A stretch of DNA of 38,619 nt from an uncultured Nitrospiraceae bacterium. Its GTDB lineage: Bacteria > Nitrospirota > Thermodesulfovibrionia > Thermodesulfovibrionales > Dissulfurispiraceae. This document shows positions 28,114 through 37,595 of the stretch, piece after piece. The DNA lies in the NCBI GenBank assembly GCA_947085205.1, contig CAMTVO010000059.1, positions 1-38,619 on the forward strand. The letters run 5' to 3'. The notes below the pieces were generated by a model, which was not told where the DNA came from, did not search any database, and saw only the letters and a list, made by a program, of their open reading frames with translations. Positions within the stretch are counted from its first letter, which is position 1. Every line of letters starts with the position of its first letter. A program made the position numbers and the translations under genes.

Positions 28114-28624
28114 TTTTAGCAAGCACTATCGCCCCTACTATGGCTATCAATAATATCAATGACGCTATTTCAAAAGGCAAAAGGTATTCGGTATACAACA
28201 GTTTGCCTATAGACTTTGTGTGCGTCTCCGCCTTAATCGCCTCTATGGTATATTGGCCGGCAGGCCCTTGCACAAGCTTGCTTATCACGAAGAACATAAG
28301 CATGAGCACCGATATTCCCAAGGCCACTCCAATAGGCCATTCGCCTATGAACCTCTCTGCAGTGAGCTCTTCTTTAAGGTTCAGCATCATTATCACAAAC
28401 AGGAACAGAACAAGTATCGCTCCTGCATACAGGATAACCTGCACCGCCGCAAGAAATTCTGCATTCAAAAACAGGTAAATGCCTGCTATATGAAAAAACA
28501 ATACCAGCATCCATAGCACGCTGTGCACAGGATTCCTCCTCGTTATAATCAACACGGACAAAACAACCGTTACAACTGCAAAATATCCAAAAAAGAGTTG
28601 GGGTAACATCAAATTTGTCATCAT
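28100..28624 (-). CDS. nuoJ: NADH-quinone oxidoreductase subunit J
   Basis: NPVHS, AEFLAAVQVILYAGAILVLFLF, PFEIAS. Confidence 0.95.
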   Translation of the reverse strand: MMTNLMLPQLFFGYFAVVTVVLSVLIITRRNPVHSVLWMLVLFFHIAGIYLFLNAEFLAAVQVILYAGAILVLFLFVIMMLNLKEELTAERFIGEWPIGVALGISVLMLMFFVISKLVQGPAGQYTIEAIKAETHTKSIGKLLYTEYLLPFEIASLILLIAIVGAIVLAKKLRS

Positions 28625-29172
28625 ACCTCTGGCCTCCTGCCTCTGAATATTGGCTGGTTTTCAGGGGTTGTGAAATCTTCTGTCCTCGGTCTCCAGAATT
28701 TATCGAAATACTCTTCACCTTTTTTGCCGGCCATAAATTTATCCCAGTTCGAAAGGAGCTTTTCTTTATCCATGTAAAGGGCATCCCTTGAATAATCGGA
28801 GTATTCAAAGTGGTCTGTAAGCACCACAGCGCCAAAAGGACATGCTTCAACGCAGAATGCGCAGTACACGCACCTTAAGACCTCTATTTCATACCTGTCA
28901 ACAATCTTGGTATGGTCTGCGCCCTCGCTGGTATATACATAAATACACTGCGACGGACATACAGCAGCGCAAAGGCCGCACCCAACGCATCTCGCCTTTC
29001 CGTCAGGGTTTCTCACAAGTGCGTGCAGTCCTCTGAAGCCTGGGAACGGCGGCCTCTTTTTCTCCGGATACTGCCTCGTTACCGCATGGGTGAACATCAT
29101 CTTCAATGTCAGCGTCATGCCCTTAAGTATCTCTATCAGAAAGACTTTCTTTGCTATGTCCTTAATCGTCAT
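28621..29172 (-). CDS. nuoI: NADH-quinone oxidoreductase subunit I
   Basis: CVGCGLCAAVCP, RCVYCAFCVEACP. GAGG RBS before ATG 29172. Confidence 0.93.
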   Translation of the reverse strand: MTIKDIAKKVFLIEILKGMTLTLKMMFTHAVTRQYPEKKRPPFPGFRGLHALVRNPDGKARCVGCGLCAAVCPSQCIYVYTSEGADHTKIVDRYEIEVLRCVYCAFCVEACPFGAVVLTDHFEYSDYSRDALYMDKEKLLSNWDKFMAGKKGEEYFDKFWRPRTEDFTTPENQPIFRGRRPEV

Positions 29173-29185
29173 GGTCTGTCCCTCT

Positions 29186-30223
29186 TCACATCGCATATTT
29201 AACAATTGACGTTACAACGATATTAGCCAATGCAAGCGGTATCAATACCTTCCAGCCTAATGACATCAACTTGTCGTATCTGTATCTCGGCACCGTCGCC
29301 CTTACCCAGTAATATAAAAAGATATGGAAGTACACCTTCCCTAAAAACCAGACTATACCAGGCACTGCTGCCAATGCCGGCACCCATTTCAGAAGCACGG
29401 GCGGTATTGTCCACCCTCCCCAAAAGCATATTACCGCTATGGACGCCATTATTATCATGCCGATATATTCTGCTGCAAAAAATAATGCAAACCTCATCCC
29501 GCTGTATTCAACAAAATATCCTGCGACCAGTTCGCTTTCTGCTTCAGGCAGATCAAAGGGGGTCCTGTTGGTCTCTGCAAACATGGCTACAACAAAGACA
29601 AAATATGCAACAAACTGCGGTATCAGATACATCCCATGCCAGTATTCCTGCTGTCCTTTTACTATTTCGCTGAGATTCAATGATCCGGACAGTATCATCA
29701 CTCCCACAAGGCTCAATCCCATCGCCACCTCATAGCTTATTAGCTGCGCCGATGACCTTAATCCCCCTAAGAATGAATACTTTGAGTTTGAAGCCCATCC
29801 GGCCATGACTACTCCATACGCAGCCAGCGATGACATGGCAAAGATATACAGCAATCCTATGTTGATGTCTGCTATTACGAATCCCTCAAAAAACGGTATT
29901 ACTGCAAGGGAGCTCATCGTTGCAAATAAAGCTATTAAAGGGGCTGTTTTAAATACAGGCTTGTCGGAATCTGCAGGTATGATGTCCTCTTTGAAAAATA
30001 GCTTCATGCCGTCTGCTATGGGCTGAAGTATCCCATGATACCCCACCCTCATGGGTCCGAGCCTCACCTGCATGTGTCCTATTACCTTCCTTTCAAAATA
30101 TGTGGCATATGCCACATGGAGCATGGTCACGCCTATGACTATCGCTATCTTGATGAAAATAAAAACAATATTCAGCATCCAGTTGGAACTTCCCGTGTAC
30201 ATTATCGTCTCAAGGATATCCAA
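29186..30223 (-). CDS. nuoH: NADH-quinone oxidoreductase subunit H
   Basis: ERKV..MQ.R.GP, QPIADG.KL..KE, AETNRTPFDLPEAESELVAG. Confidence 0.96.
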   Translation of the reverse strand: MDILETIMYTGSSNWMLNIVFIFIKIAIVIGVTMLHVAYATYFERKVIGHMQVRLGPMRVGYHGILQPIADGMKLFFKEDIIPADSDKPVFKTAPLIALFATMSSLAVIPFFEGFVIADINIGLLYIFAMSSLAAYGVVMAGWASNSKYSFLGGLRSSAQLISYEVAMGLSLVGVMILSGSLNLSEIVKGQQEYWHGMYLIPQFVAYFVFVVAMFAETNRTPFDLPEAESELVAGYFVEYSGMRFALFFAAEYIGMIIMASIAVICFWGGWTIPPVLLKWVPALAAVPGIVWFLGKVYFHIFLYYWVRATVPRYRYDKLMSLGWKVLIPLALANIVVTSIVKYAM

Positions 30224-32841
30224 GCTGACACCTCCTTAGCCGCGCTCTTTATCTTTTTTATTGCTGCTTCCGTAAAATCCATAACAGGCGATTTTGTTAC
30301 AGGATGCATTTTCCATTTCATAATCTTAAATATTCCTTTATCATCAAAATAATTTGGTATTAAGACGATATTCTCCGGCAGATCAGAATCTATCCGGATA
30401 GACAGTTCAACACTCCCTGCATCTGTGGAGATGCTGACATAATCGCCGCTGGCTATGGACAGCTTTTCTGCAAGCGCGCTGCTTATTTTTACATACGGCT
30501 CAGGTGATATACTATGCAATGCAGCGGAGTTGCTGCTCAGGGTGTCTGCATGAAAGAGAGGATTGTCGATTCCGACATAAATCCTGTTTTTATCCGGTCT
30601 CATCATAAGTGATTGCACATCCGGCACCTCGATGCCTTCGATACTCACTCCATGCCTGAGAGGCTCTCCCTTATAAGGCCACATGCATCTGCCTTCGGCC
30701 ATGTCTTCGTAAATAATATCCTTGTGCAGCGGCGAAACCTTTGCAATTTCCGCCATTACATCCCTTGAACTTCTGTAATTCATATCAAAGCCCAACATTT
30801 TGCTGATTTCTGAGATTGCCTGCCAGTCTTCCATTCCATTTCCTTCTACAGCCCTTTCGAGCCGCTGCATCCTTCTTTCGAGATTAGTATAAGAGCCTTC
30901 TTTTTCGGACCACGAAAGTGAAGGCAGCACTACATCAGCAAGCTGTGCGGTCTCTGTCATAAAAATATCCTGCACGACCAAAAGCTCCAGATTGGCCAAG
31001 GCTCCCTTCACGTACGTGCTGTTTGGAATGCTGGACACAATATTTTCGCCTAATATATACATTGCTCTTATCGTATTGGAGTTGGCGCCGTCTATCATCT
31101 CCATCAGGCTGAGACCCTGCCTCGGAGAAACTTCAACTCCTAAGAATTCCTCATATCTTCTCCTGAAGCTCTCGACAGTCAAATGCCTTCCTCCAGGCAG
31201 CATATCAGGCAGGCATCCCATGTCGATAAGACCCTGCTCGTTGGGAAGCTCGGAAAGGAGATAAATCCTGCCGTTCAATAAATGTATGAGCGCTGCAAGC
31301 AGCAATAAGTTCGCATGCCCTTCTGACCTCTGCAGAATATCCATTCCGATAATTATCGAAGGATTATTCATTTTCGACATCGAATCCAGAGCGCCTCTCA
31401 TATCATCCGCAGAAATCCCGCATATATCTTTTGCATCGTTTATAGAAACTTCGGGAATGGTCCTTATTATTCCCTCGAAAGACGACTTTTCCAAGGAAAG
31501 CTCTCTTTTGGCCTTAAGCTCCGATACCATAGCGGCTAAAAGAGTAGTCTCTGTAAACGGCTGTGTGATTAGCCTGTTTGCCGAAAACCTCTTTAGCCCC
31601 GGCATGTATCCTATTGTCACCACAGGGATGCCTTTCTGGTATGCAGACCTTATCTGCAATCCTAAAACAGGATTTATAGATGCCGGGTCTCCTCCGACGG
31701 CAATGATACCGTCGGAATTGGATATGCCGTGCATCGAGTTTGCCGTAACTCCCTGTCCGAAAATGCCTTCGAAAAATTTCTGTGCAGGCGCATAGGCAAA
31801 GCCGGCTGCCGAATCGATATTGTTGGTGCCGAGCACAATCCTCATAAACTTCTGAAAAACATACCCGTCCTCATTTGTGCATCTTCCCGAAATAACTCCA
31901 GCTATAGAATCGCCGCCGTGCATCTCTTTTATTCTCTTCAACCCGTTTGCAATGTATGCCAATGCCTCGCTCCATGTCGCTTTTTCAAGATTTCCGTTCT
32001 TCTTTATGAGCGGTGAATCAAGCCTTTTTTTGCTGCGCACATAATCGTAACCGAATCTTCCCCTGTTGCAAAGCAGTCCTTTATTTACACCCTTGTCTGT
32101 CTTCGGCACAGCCCTTACAATGGAATTAGCCCTAACCTGCAAAACCATCGAGCATCCGACACCGCAGAATGAGCATACAGTGTCAATCTCTTTGTCTATA
32201 AGCCACGGCCTGTAGGCATGTTTGTGCATCCTCGACATTATTGCTCCGACAGGGCATACCGTCAGGCAGTTTCCGCAATACTCGCAGTCGTACCTGCCTC
32301 CGGAGAACGGCTCGACAAATGACTTGCTGCTCCTGTTTGTAATCGAGATGGCCGATGCACTCTGCATATTGTCGCACATCCTCACGCATCTGGCACAGAG
32401 GATACATCGCTCCATGTTTCTTACAATAATCGGGTCGTCGTAACTCTCTGGATGTGTTCTTTTGCCTTCTGCAAACCTGCCTGTTGCAGGCCCGTATTTT
32501 ACTACAAGGTCTTGAAGGTCGCACTCCCCTGCCTTGTCGCAATAAGGACAATCGAGAGGGTGATTAATCAACAGAAATTCTAGCACTGCCTTTCTCGCCT
32601 CTATTACACGCTCGGTCTCTGTCCAGACCACCATGCCGTCGATAACATACTGCGTGCATGCAGTCTGGAGCCTCGGCATCTTTTCCACCTCTACAACACA
32701 GAGCCTGCATCCGCCGTAAGGCTCCAGCATCTCGTGATGGCAGAGTGTGGGAATATTTATTCCTGCCATGCCAGCTGCTTCAAGGATTGTAACTGGTTTT
32801 TCGAGTTCTATTTTTTTGCCGTTTATCGTTACAGTAATCAT
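30202..32841 (-). CDS. nuoG: NADH-quinone oxidoreductase subunit G (long form)
   Basis: N1b Cys motif, HPLDCPYCDKAGECDLQD, CILCARCVRMC, CSFCGVGC...C (N7-type), long molybdopterin-fold C-terminus. Confidence 0.9.
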   Translation of the reverse strand: MITVTINGKKIELEKPVTILEAAGMAGINIPTLCHHEMLEPYGGCRLCVVEVEKMPRLQTACTQYVIDGMVVWTETERVIEARKAVLEFLLINHPLDCPYCDKAGECDLQDLVVKYGPATGRFAEGKRTHPESYDDPIIVRNMERCILCARCVRMCDNMQSASAISITNRSSKSFVEPFSGGRYDCEYCGNCLTVCPVGAIMSRMHKHAYRPWLIDKEIDTVCSFCGVGCSMVLQVRANSIVRAVPKTDKGVNKGLLCNRGRFGYDYVRSKKRLDSPLIKKNGNLEKATWSEALAYIANGLKRIKEMHGGDSIAGVISGRCTNEDGYVFQKFMRIVLGTNNIDSAAGFAYAPAQKFFEGIFGQGVTANSMHGISNSDGIIAVGGDPASINPVLGLQIRSAYQKGIPVVTIGYMPGLKRFSANRLITQPFTETTLLAAMVSELKAKRELSLEKSSFEGIIRTIPEVSINDAKDICGISADDMRGALDSMSKMNNPSIIIGMDILQRSEGHANLLLLAALIHLLNGRIYLLSELPNEQGLIDMGCLPDMLPGGRHLTVESFRRRYEEFLGVEVSPRQGLSLMEMIDGANSNTIRAMYILGENIVSSIPNSTYVKGALANLELLVVQDIFMTETAQLADVVLPSLSWSEKEGSYTNLERRMQRLERAVEGNGMEDWQAISEISKMLGFDMNYRSSRDVMAEIAKVSPLHKDIIYEDMAEGRCMWPYKGEPLRHGVSIEGIEVPDVQSLMMRPDKNRIYVGIDNPLFHADTLSSNSAALHSISPEPYVKISSALAEKLSIASGDYVSISTDAGSVELSIRIDSDLPENIVLIPNYFDDKGIFKIMKWKMHPVTKSPVMDFTEAAIKKIKSAAKEVSAWISLRR

Positions 32842-34097
32842 ACCCCTGCCTTTGCATGCTTGCCTGTGTGCCGTTCAAATTCATGCCTGAAATTTTTTAT
32901 ACAGCTCTGCACAACAGAAGCAGCACCATCCCCAAGGGGACAGAAAGTTTTTCCCATAATGTTTTTTGCGACCTCCATCAATAGGTCTATATCGCCTTCT
33001 GCTCCTGAACCGCTGCATATCCTTTCGAGTATGGCGCGAAGCCACCCGATACCTTCCCTGCATGGTGTGCATTTGCCGCATGACTCGTGCTCGAAAAACT
33101 TAATCGCCCTGTAACAGACCTTCACGAGGTCGACAGTATCATCAAAGACTATTACAGCTCCTGACCCGAGCATGCTCCCGTGTTTTGGCATATTAATGAA
33201 ATCCATCGGACAATCTATCTTGTCTGCTGGAAGTATAGGTGTGGATATACCGCCTGGGATTACAGCCTTGAGTTTTTTGTCGCTGCGGATGCCTCCGCAA
33301 TGCGTATAGATAATCTCCCTTAATGTAGTGCCCATCGGAAGTTCATAAACTCCAGGCATTTTCACATGACCGCTTACCGAATAAAGCTTAGGTCCCGGGC
33401 AGTCCGGACTGCCGATTTTGGAGTATGCATCTGCTCCGATTTCCATAATGTAAGGAATGTTTGCGAGGGTTTCGACATTATTGACAACCGTAGGTCTCGA
33501 AAGAAATCCCTCGTTTACCGGAAATGGCGGCTTAATCCTCGGCTGTCCCCTCTTCCCTTCAAGGGACTCTATAAGCGCTGTCTCCTCTCCGCATATATAT
33601 GCGCCTGCGCCCTGATGCACATTCAGATGGAATGTTATTCCTTTGCCGAGGACATCATCTCCAATATAGCCTTTTTCGCCTGCCTGCCTGATCGCATTTT
33701 CCAGTATCTCCTTTGCCTGAGGATATTCTCCTCTTAGATAGATATACCCATATTCTGCCTCAAGGGCATACCCTGAGATAATCATCCCTTCTATCAAAAG
33801 ATGTGGGTTCTTTTCGAGAATTGGCCTATCTTTAAATGTACCCGGCTCTCCTTCGTCTGCATTACACAAAATAAATTTAGGCTTTTTGGGGTCTGCTGCA
33901 GCGAAAGACCATTTCATTCCTGCCGGGAATCCTGCGCCGCCCCTTCCTCTCAGCCCGGACTTTTTAACTTCATCGATAATATCCGAAGGCTTTAGCTCCA
34001 GCGCCTTAGAAAGGGCTTTATATCCTCCGGCTTTTATATACTCAAAAATATCGGCTGAGTTTGGATTCTCTATGTTTTTAAGCAGAAACCTTTCCAT
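32838..34097 (-). CDS. nuoF: NADH-quinone oxidoreductase subunit F
   Basis: LRGRGGAGFP.G.KW, NADEGEPGTFKDR, GAYICGEET, SCGKCTPCREG. Start moved to ATG 34097. Confidence 0.95.
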   Translation of the reverse strand: MERFLLKNIENPNSADIFEYIKAGGYKALSKALELKPSDIIDEVKKSGLRGRGGAGFPAGMKWSFAAADPKKPKFILCNADEGEPGTFKDRPILEKNPHLLIEGMIISGYALEAEYGYIYLRGEYPQAKEILENAIRQAGEKGYIGDDVLGKGITFHLNVHQGAGAYICGEETALIESLEGKRGQPRIKPPFPVNEGFLSRPTVVNNVETLANIPYIMEIGADAYSKIGSPDCPGPKLYSVSGHVKMPGVYELPMGTTLREIIYTHCGGIRSDKKLKAVIPGGISTPILPADKIDCPMDFINMPKHGSMLGSGAVIVFDDTVDLVKVCYRAIKFFEHESCGKCTPCREGIGWLRAILERICSGSGAEGDIDLLMEVAKNIMGKTFCPLGDGAASVVQSCIKNFRHEFERHTGKHAKAGV

Positions 34098-34098
34098 C

Positions 34099-34563
34099 TT
34101 ACTTGTATTTCTCCAATACCGAGAAAATATTCTCTTCTGTGAGATTTTCATAAAAGTCCGTATTCACAAGCATTGCAGGGGCTGTGCCGCAAGCGCCTAT
34201 GCACTCCATAATCACAAGAGAAAACCTTCCGTCAGGAGTTGTGCCGTTCGGTTCAAGCCCGTATTTTTCTTTTAATATATCCGCAAGTCTCTCCGCGCCC
34301 ATGATCATGCAGGCAACATTAGTGCAAAGCTGAATAAGATTTCTGCCCATAGGCTTGTGCCTGAACATGGAATAAAAGGTAGAAACTCCCTTTACTGTTG
34401 CTATGGGAACATTCAATAAATCTCCGACAGCCGACATAGAATCTTGGCTGAGCCATCCATGTTCCCTCTGGACAACATAAAGGGCTGGCAGCAGAGAAGA
34501 TTGCCCATTGTGATATTTACTCTTTATCCGGTTAATTTCTAATACTGTTTCTTCTTTCAGCAT
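34099..34563 (-). CDS. nuoE: NADH-quinone oxidoreductase subunit E
   Basis: TFYSMF, CTNVAC, ECIGAC..AP [2Fe-2S] motif. Confidence 0.95.
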   Translation of the reverse strand: MLKEETVLEINRIKSKYHNGQSSLLPALYVVQREHGWLSQDSMSAVGDLLNVPIATVKGVSTFYSMFRHKPMGRNLIQLCTNVACMIMGAERLADILKEKYGLEPNGTTPDGRFSLVIMECIGACGTAPAMLVNTDFYENLTEENIFSVLEKYK

Positions 34564-35763
34564 TTATCTGTCACACTCGCCAAGCACTATATCGATGGTT
34601 CCTATGTTTGCAATCACGTCTGCTACAAGGGATCCTTCGCACAGCCTCGGCAGAATCGATACATGCACAAATGAAGGCGCCCGCAATCTCATCCTATACG
34701 GCCTTCCGCTTCCGTCGCTCACAAAGTAGAATCCGAGTTCACCTTTAGGCACTTCTGTTGCTACGTATATCTCGCCCTCAGGCGCTGCGATGGGGCCCTT
34801 TGTTATCAGGACAAACTGGTGTATCAAAGATTCCATGTCGGATAAGACCCTGTCTTTTGGAGGAAGTGTAAATTTAGGGGCGTCAGGAGACATAACCGGC
34901 CCTTTAGGCATCTTTTCAATGCACTGTTTAATAATCCTATTAGACTGCTTCAACTCCTCCATCCTGCATTTGTACCTGTCATACACATCTCCGTTCTTTC
35001 CTATGGGAACTTCAAATTCAACCTTGTCATAAGCATCATACGGTGCATATTTCCTTACGTCATAAGGCACTCCAGAACCTCTCAATGTCGGGCCTGTCAG
35101 TCCCCAGTTTATTGCTTCTTCTGCGCTTATGACTCCTATGCCCTTTGTCCTCTGAAGCCATATCCTGTTCTGGTCTATCAATGTCTCGTACTGGTCTTCA
35201 ATTATCTTCGGAAACTCTTCGGTAAATTCGTATAACCTGTCAAGGAATTCCTGACTTACGTCGTTCCTCACTCCGCCTATCCTCGGATAGCTTACGGTAA
35301 GCCTTGCGCCGCATGTCATTTCAAATAAATCCATAAGCCGCTCTCTGTCTCTGAATGAGTACAAAAACAGTGTCATTGCTCCTATATCGAGCGCATGGGT
35401 GGAAACTCCTATTATGTGGCTGCTTATCCTGGTCATTTCTGCCATTATTGTCCTTATGTATTTGGCCCTATCCGGCGGCTCTATCCCGAAGAGCCTCTCA
35501 ATAGCAACACAGTAACCAACATTATTTGACATGCTGGATATGTAATCAAGTCTGTCTGTCAGTGGCAGTGCAGATATGTATGTCCTGTTTTCTGCAAGCT
35601 TTTCTACTCCCCTGTGAAGGTAACCTACATAAGGCGTGCATTTGACTACTGTCTCTCCGTCAAGGTCAAGGACAAGTCTAAGCACTCCATGGGTTGCCGG
35701 GTGCTGAGGCCCCATGCTGATGGTTAGTTCTTTGGGCTTGATTTCTTTTGCCACTGCTGACAT
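34564..35763 (-). CDS. nuoD: NADH-quinone oxidoreductase subunit D
   Basis: [33 protein letters not shown]-terminus, no NiFe CxxC motifs. Confidence 0.96.
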   Translation of the reverse strand: MSAVAKEIKPKELTISMGPQHPATHGVLRLVLDLDGETVVKCTPYVGYLHRGVEKLAENRTYISALPLTDRLDYISSMSNNVGYCVAIERLFGIEPPDRAKYIRTIMAEMTRISSHIIGVSTHALDIGAMTLFLYSFRDRERLMDLFEMTCGARLTVSYPRIGGVRNDVSQEFLDRLYEFTEEFPKIIEDQYETLIDQNRIWLQRTKGIGVISAEEAINWGLTGPTLRGSGVPYDVRKYAPYDAYDKVEFEVPIGKNGDVYDRYKCRMEELKQSNRIIKQCIEKMPKGPVMSPDAPKFTLPPKDRVLSDMESLIHQFVLITKGPIAAPEGEIYVATEVPKGELGFYFVSDGSGRPYRMRLRAPSFVHVSILPRLCEGSLVADVIANIGTIDIVLGECDR

Positions 35764-35764
35764 T

Positions 35765-36301
35765 TTACCCGACCTCGTATTCTTTGTTCTTCTTTGCTGC
35801 TTCTACTGTTTCTTTATATCCCTTCCATTCCATTTCGCCAAGGTCGCTCTTCAATGGATAGTCTTTCCTCAACGGGTGTCCTTCCCAGTCCTCAGGCATG
35901 AGTATTCTCCTTAAGTCCGGATGTCCTTTGAACTCTATGCCGTACATGTCATAGCATTCCCTTTCATGCCAGTTTGCTCCTGTCCATATATCTACTACGC
36001 TTTCTATTGTGCAGTCTTCCTCCGGCACTTCCGCTTTTATCCTTATCATGTGTCTGTGTCTCATGGAATATAAATGATAGACCACTTCAAACCTGACTTC
36101 TTTTTTGCCGAAAAAATCCACGCCGCAGAGGTCTTCAAGGTAATCGAAATATAATTCAGGAGTGTTGTGAAAGTATTTCATTATCTCTTTTATCCTGTCT
36201 TTTTTGACTACTACCGATACCTGTCCTCGAAATTCTTTTATTTCTTTTACTTCTGTGGGGTATCTGTCCTTTATTAGCTCTGCTATTTCCTTCGCTTCCA
36301 T
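35765..36301 (-). CDS. nuoC: NADH-quinone oxidoreductase subunit C
   Basis: [44 protein letters not shown]. Confidence 0.96.
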   Translation of the reverse strand: MEAKEIAELIKDRYPTEVKEIKEFRGQVSVVVKKDRIKEIMKYFHNTPELYFDYLEDLCGVDFFGKKEVRFEVVYHLYSMRHRHMIRIKAEVPEEDCTIESVVDIWTGANWHERECYDMYGIEFKGHPDLRRILMPEDWEGHPLRKDYPLKSDLGEMEWKGYKETVEAAKKNKEYEVG

Positions 36302-36312
36302 GTTTCTCCTCT

Positions 36313-36454
36313 ATAGTGCGATAGTTAAATTAGTTATTTAGTGCGACAGTTTTTTATAAGGAATAAAATTTTCCATAATTTAACTGTCGCTCTGTCGCTC
36401 TATTAACTGTAGCACTGATGTCGCTCTGTCGCACTATTAACTATAGAACTATCG
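36313..36454. repeat. Tandem-octamer palindrome between nuoB and nuoC
   Basis: atagtgcg atagttaa ... tagtgcg acagtt facing aactgtc gctctgtc gctctatt aactgtag ... gcactatt aactatag aactatcg. Confidence 0.75.
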
Positions 36455-36976
36455 TTATCTCCATCTGCTCCATTTGAAATGCTCTTTCTTTATCTTTTCC
36501 TGAAGCTTGATTATCCCTTCCATTAAGGCCTCCGGTCTCGGAGGACATCCAGGTATATACACATCCACAGGCAAGAATGTGTCACATCCCTGCACTGTGC
36601 TGTATGTGTTGAATATGCCTCCGCTGCATGCACAGCTTCCCATAGATATTACATATCTCGGCTCGGGCATCTGGTCATAGACTCTCCTTACTATCGGCGC
36701 CATCTTCTTTGTGACTGTGCCTGCAATGATTACAAAGTCCGCCTGTCTGGGTGATCCCCTGAAGATTACTCTCAATCTGTCCAGGTCATAGTGTGACGAT
36801 CCCGCCGTCATCATTTCTATGGCGCATCAGGCCAAGCCAAAGGTCATTGGCCATAATGACGACAGCCTTCCCCAGTTCACTATCTTGTCAAAGCTGGCTA
36901 TGATGGTGTTGGCGCCTGGGATTACTTTCAACCCTTCTTCTACTTCTACCAATGCCGTTGTTCCGTCTATTACCAT
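36455..36976 (-). CDS. nuoB: NADH-quinone oxidoreductase subunit B with in-frame TGA, predicted selenocysteine U50, 173 aa
   Basis: GGAGGTGAGG RBS and ATG 36976. The frame reads ...[19 protein letters not shown](36829-36827)-CAIEMM and continues into ORF 36814..36455 ([19 protein letters not shown]). Confidence 0.9.
36788..36820 (-). promoter_or_regulatory. Bacterial SECIS-like hairpin of nuoB
   Basis: mRNA ATAG-AAA-TG-A-TGACGG-[CGGGA]-TCGTCA-CA-CTAT, with the apical loop 22 nt after TGA. Confidence 0.7.
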
Positions 36977-36996
36977 ATTCCCTCACCTCCTGTTTT

Positions 36997-37395
36997 TCAG
37001 TCCCACTTGAATGCTTCTTTTTTCCATGCGTATATGTAACCAACCAATAATATAGATATGAATAACATCATCTCTATCAATGCGTAAAGACCTATTTTCT
37101 CATAAACAATCGCCCATGGATATAAAAAAACCGCTTCTACATCGAATATTACAAAGAGCATCGCAATAATGTAAAACTTGATGCTGAATCTGTATCTCGG
37201 CTCTCCTACCGGCGGGTTTCCTGATTCGTAAGCAAGCAGCTTCTCTTTGTAAGGCCTCCTCAGCCTGAACAGGTTGCCCACAAACAATGCCCCTGCTCCA
37301 AAGGCAAAGGCTATCATCATTATGATCAATACGGGTAGGTACTCTGTGGGTATGTAACTGCCTGGCGTCATTGTATTTATGCTCGGTGGGTTCAT
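36997..37395 (-). CDS. nuoA: NADH-quinone oxidoreductase subunit A
   Basis: AYESG, KFYIIAMLFVIFDVEAVFLYPWA. Start uncertain (37401, 37395 or 37371). Confidence 0.93.
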   Translation of the reverse strand: MNPPSINTMTPGSYIPTEYLPVLIIMMIAFAFGAGALFVGNLFRLRRPYKEKLLAYESGNPPVGEPRYRFSIKFYIIAMLFVIFDVEAVFLYPWAIVYEKIGLYALIEMMLFISILLVGYIYAWKKEAFKWD

Positions 37396-37437
37396 ACTCA
37401 CCTCGATTTACAAAATTTTTACATCAAAAACGCTCTA

Positions 37438-37467
37438 TTTATACTGCAAATTATAAACCCTTGTCAA
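37438..37467 (-). promoter_or_regulatory. Putative sigma70 promoter of the nuo operon
   Basis: Minus strand TTGACA (37467-37462)-N18-TATAAA (37443-37438). Confidence 0.4.
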
Positions 37468-37595
37468 ATAAAAAATATAAATGTAAGAATAAGAAATCGC
37501 TTGCTTTATAACAACAAAAACAACACTCTAAATGGTTTTAAAATCACCGGCTGAAGTAAAATCATGCACTTTCTAAAAAAGTCGATTTGTCTAAA

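Noticed and set aside
36455..36814. ORF-track 119-aa NuoB, or nuoB as a pseudogene
   Set aside because: It lacks the N2 tandem-Cys motif. The upstream frame is intact with an RBS, the only interruption is a TGA at a Cys column with a SECIS-like hairpin, and the rest of the operon is intact.
34564..36976. Group 4 [NiFe] hydrogenase instead of complex I
   Set aside because: NuoD lacks Ni-binding CxxC motifs, keeps the quinone-site His/Tyr motifs, and nuoEFG plus nuoA are present.
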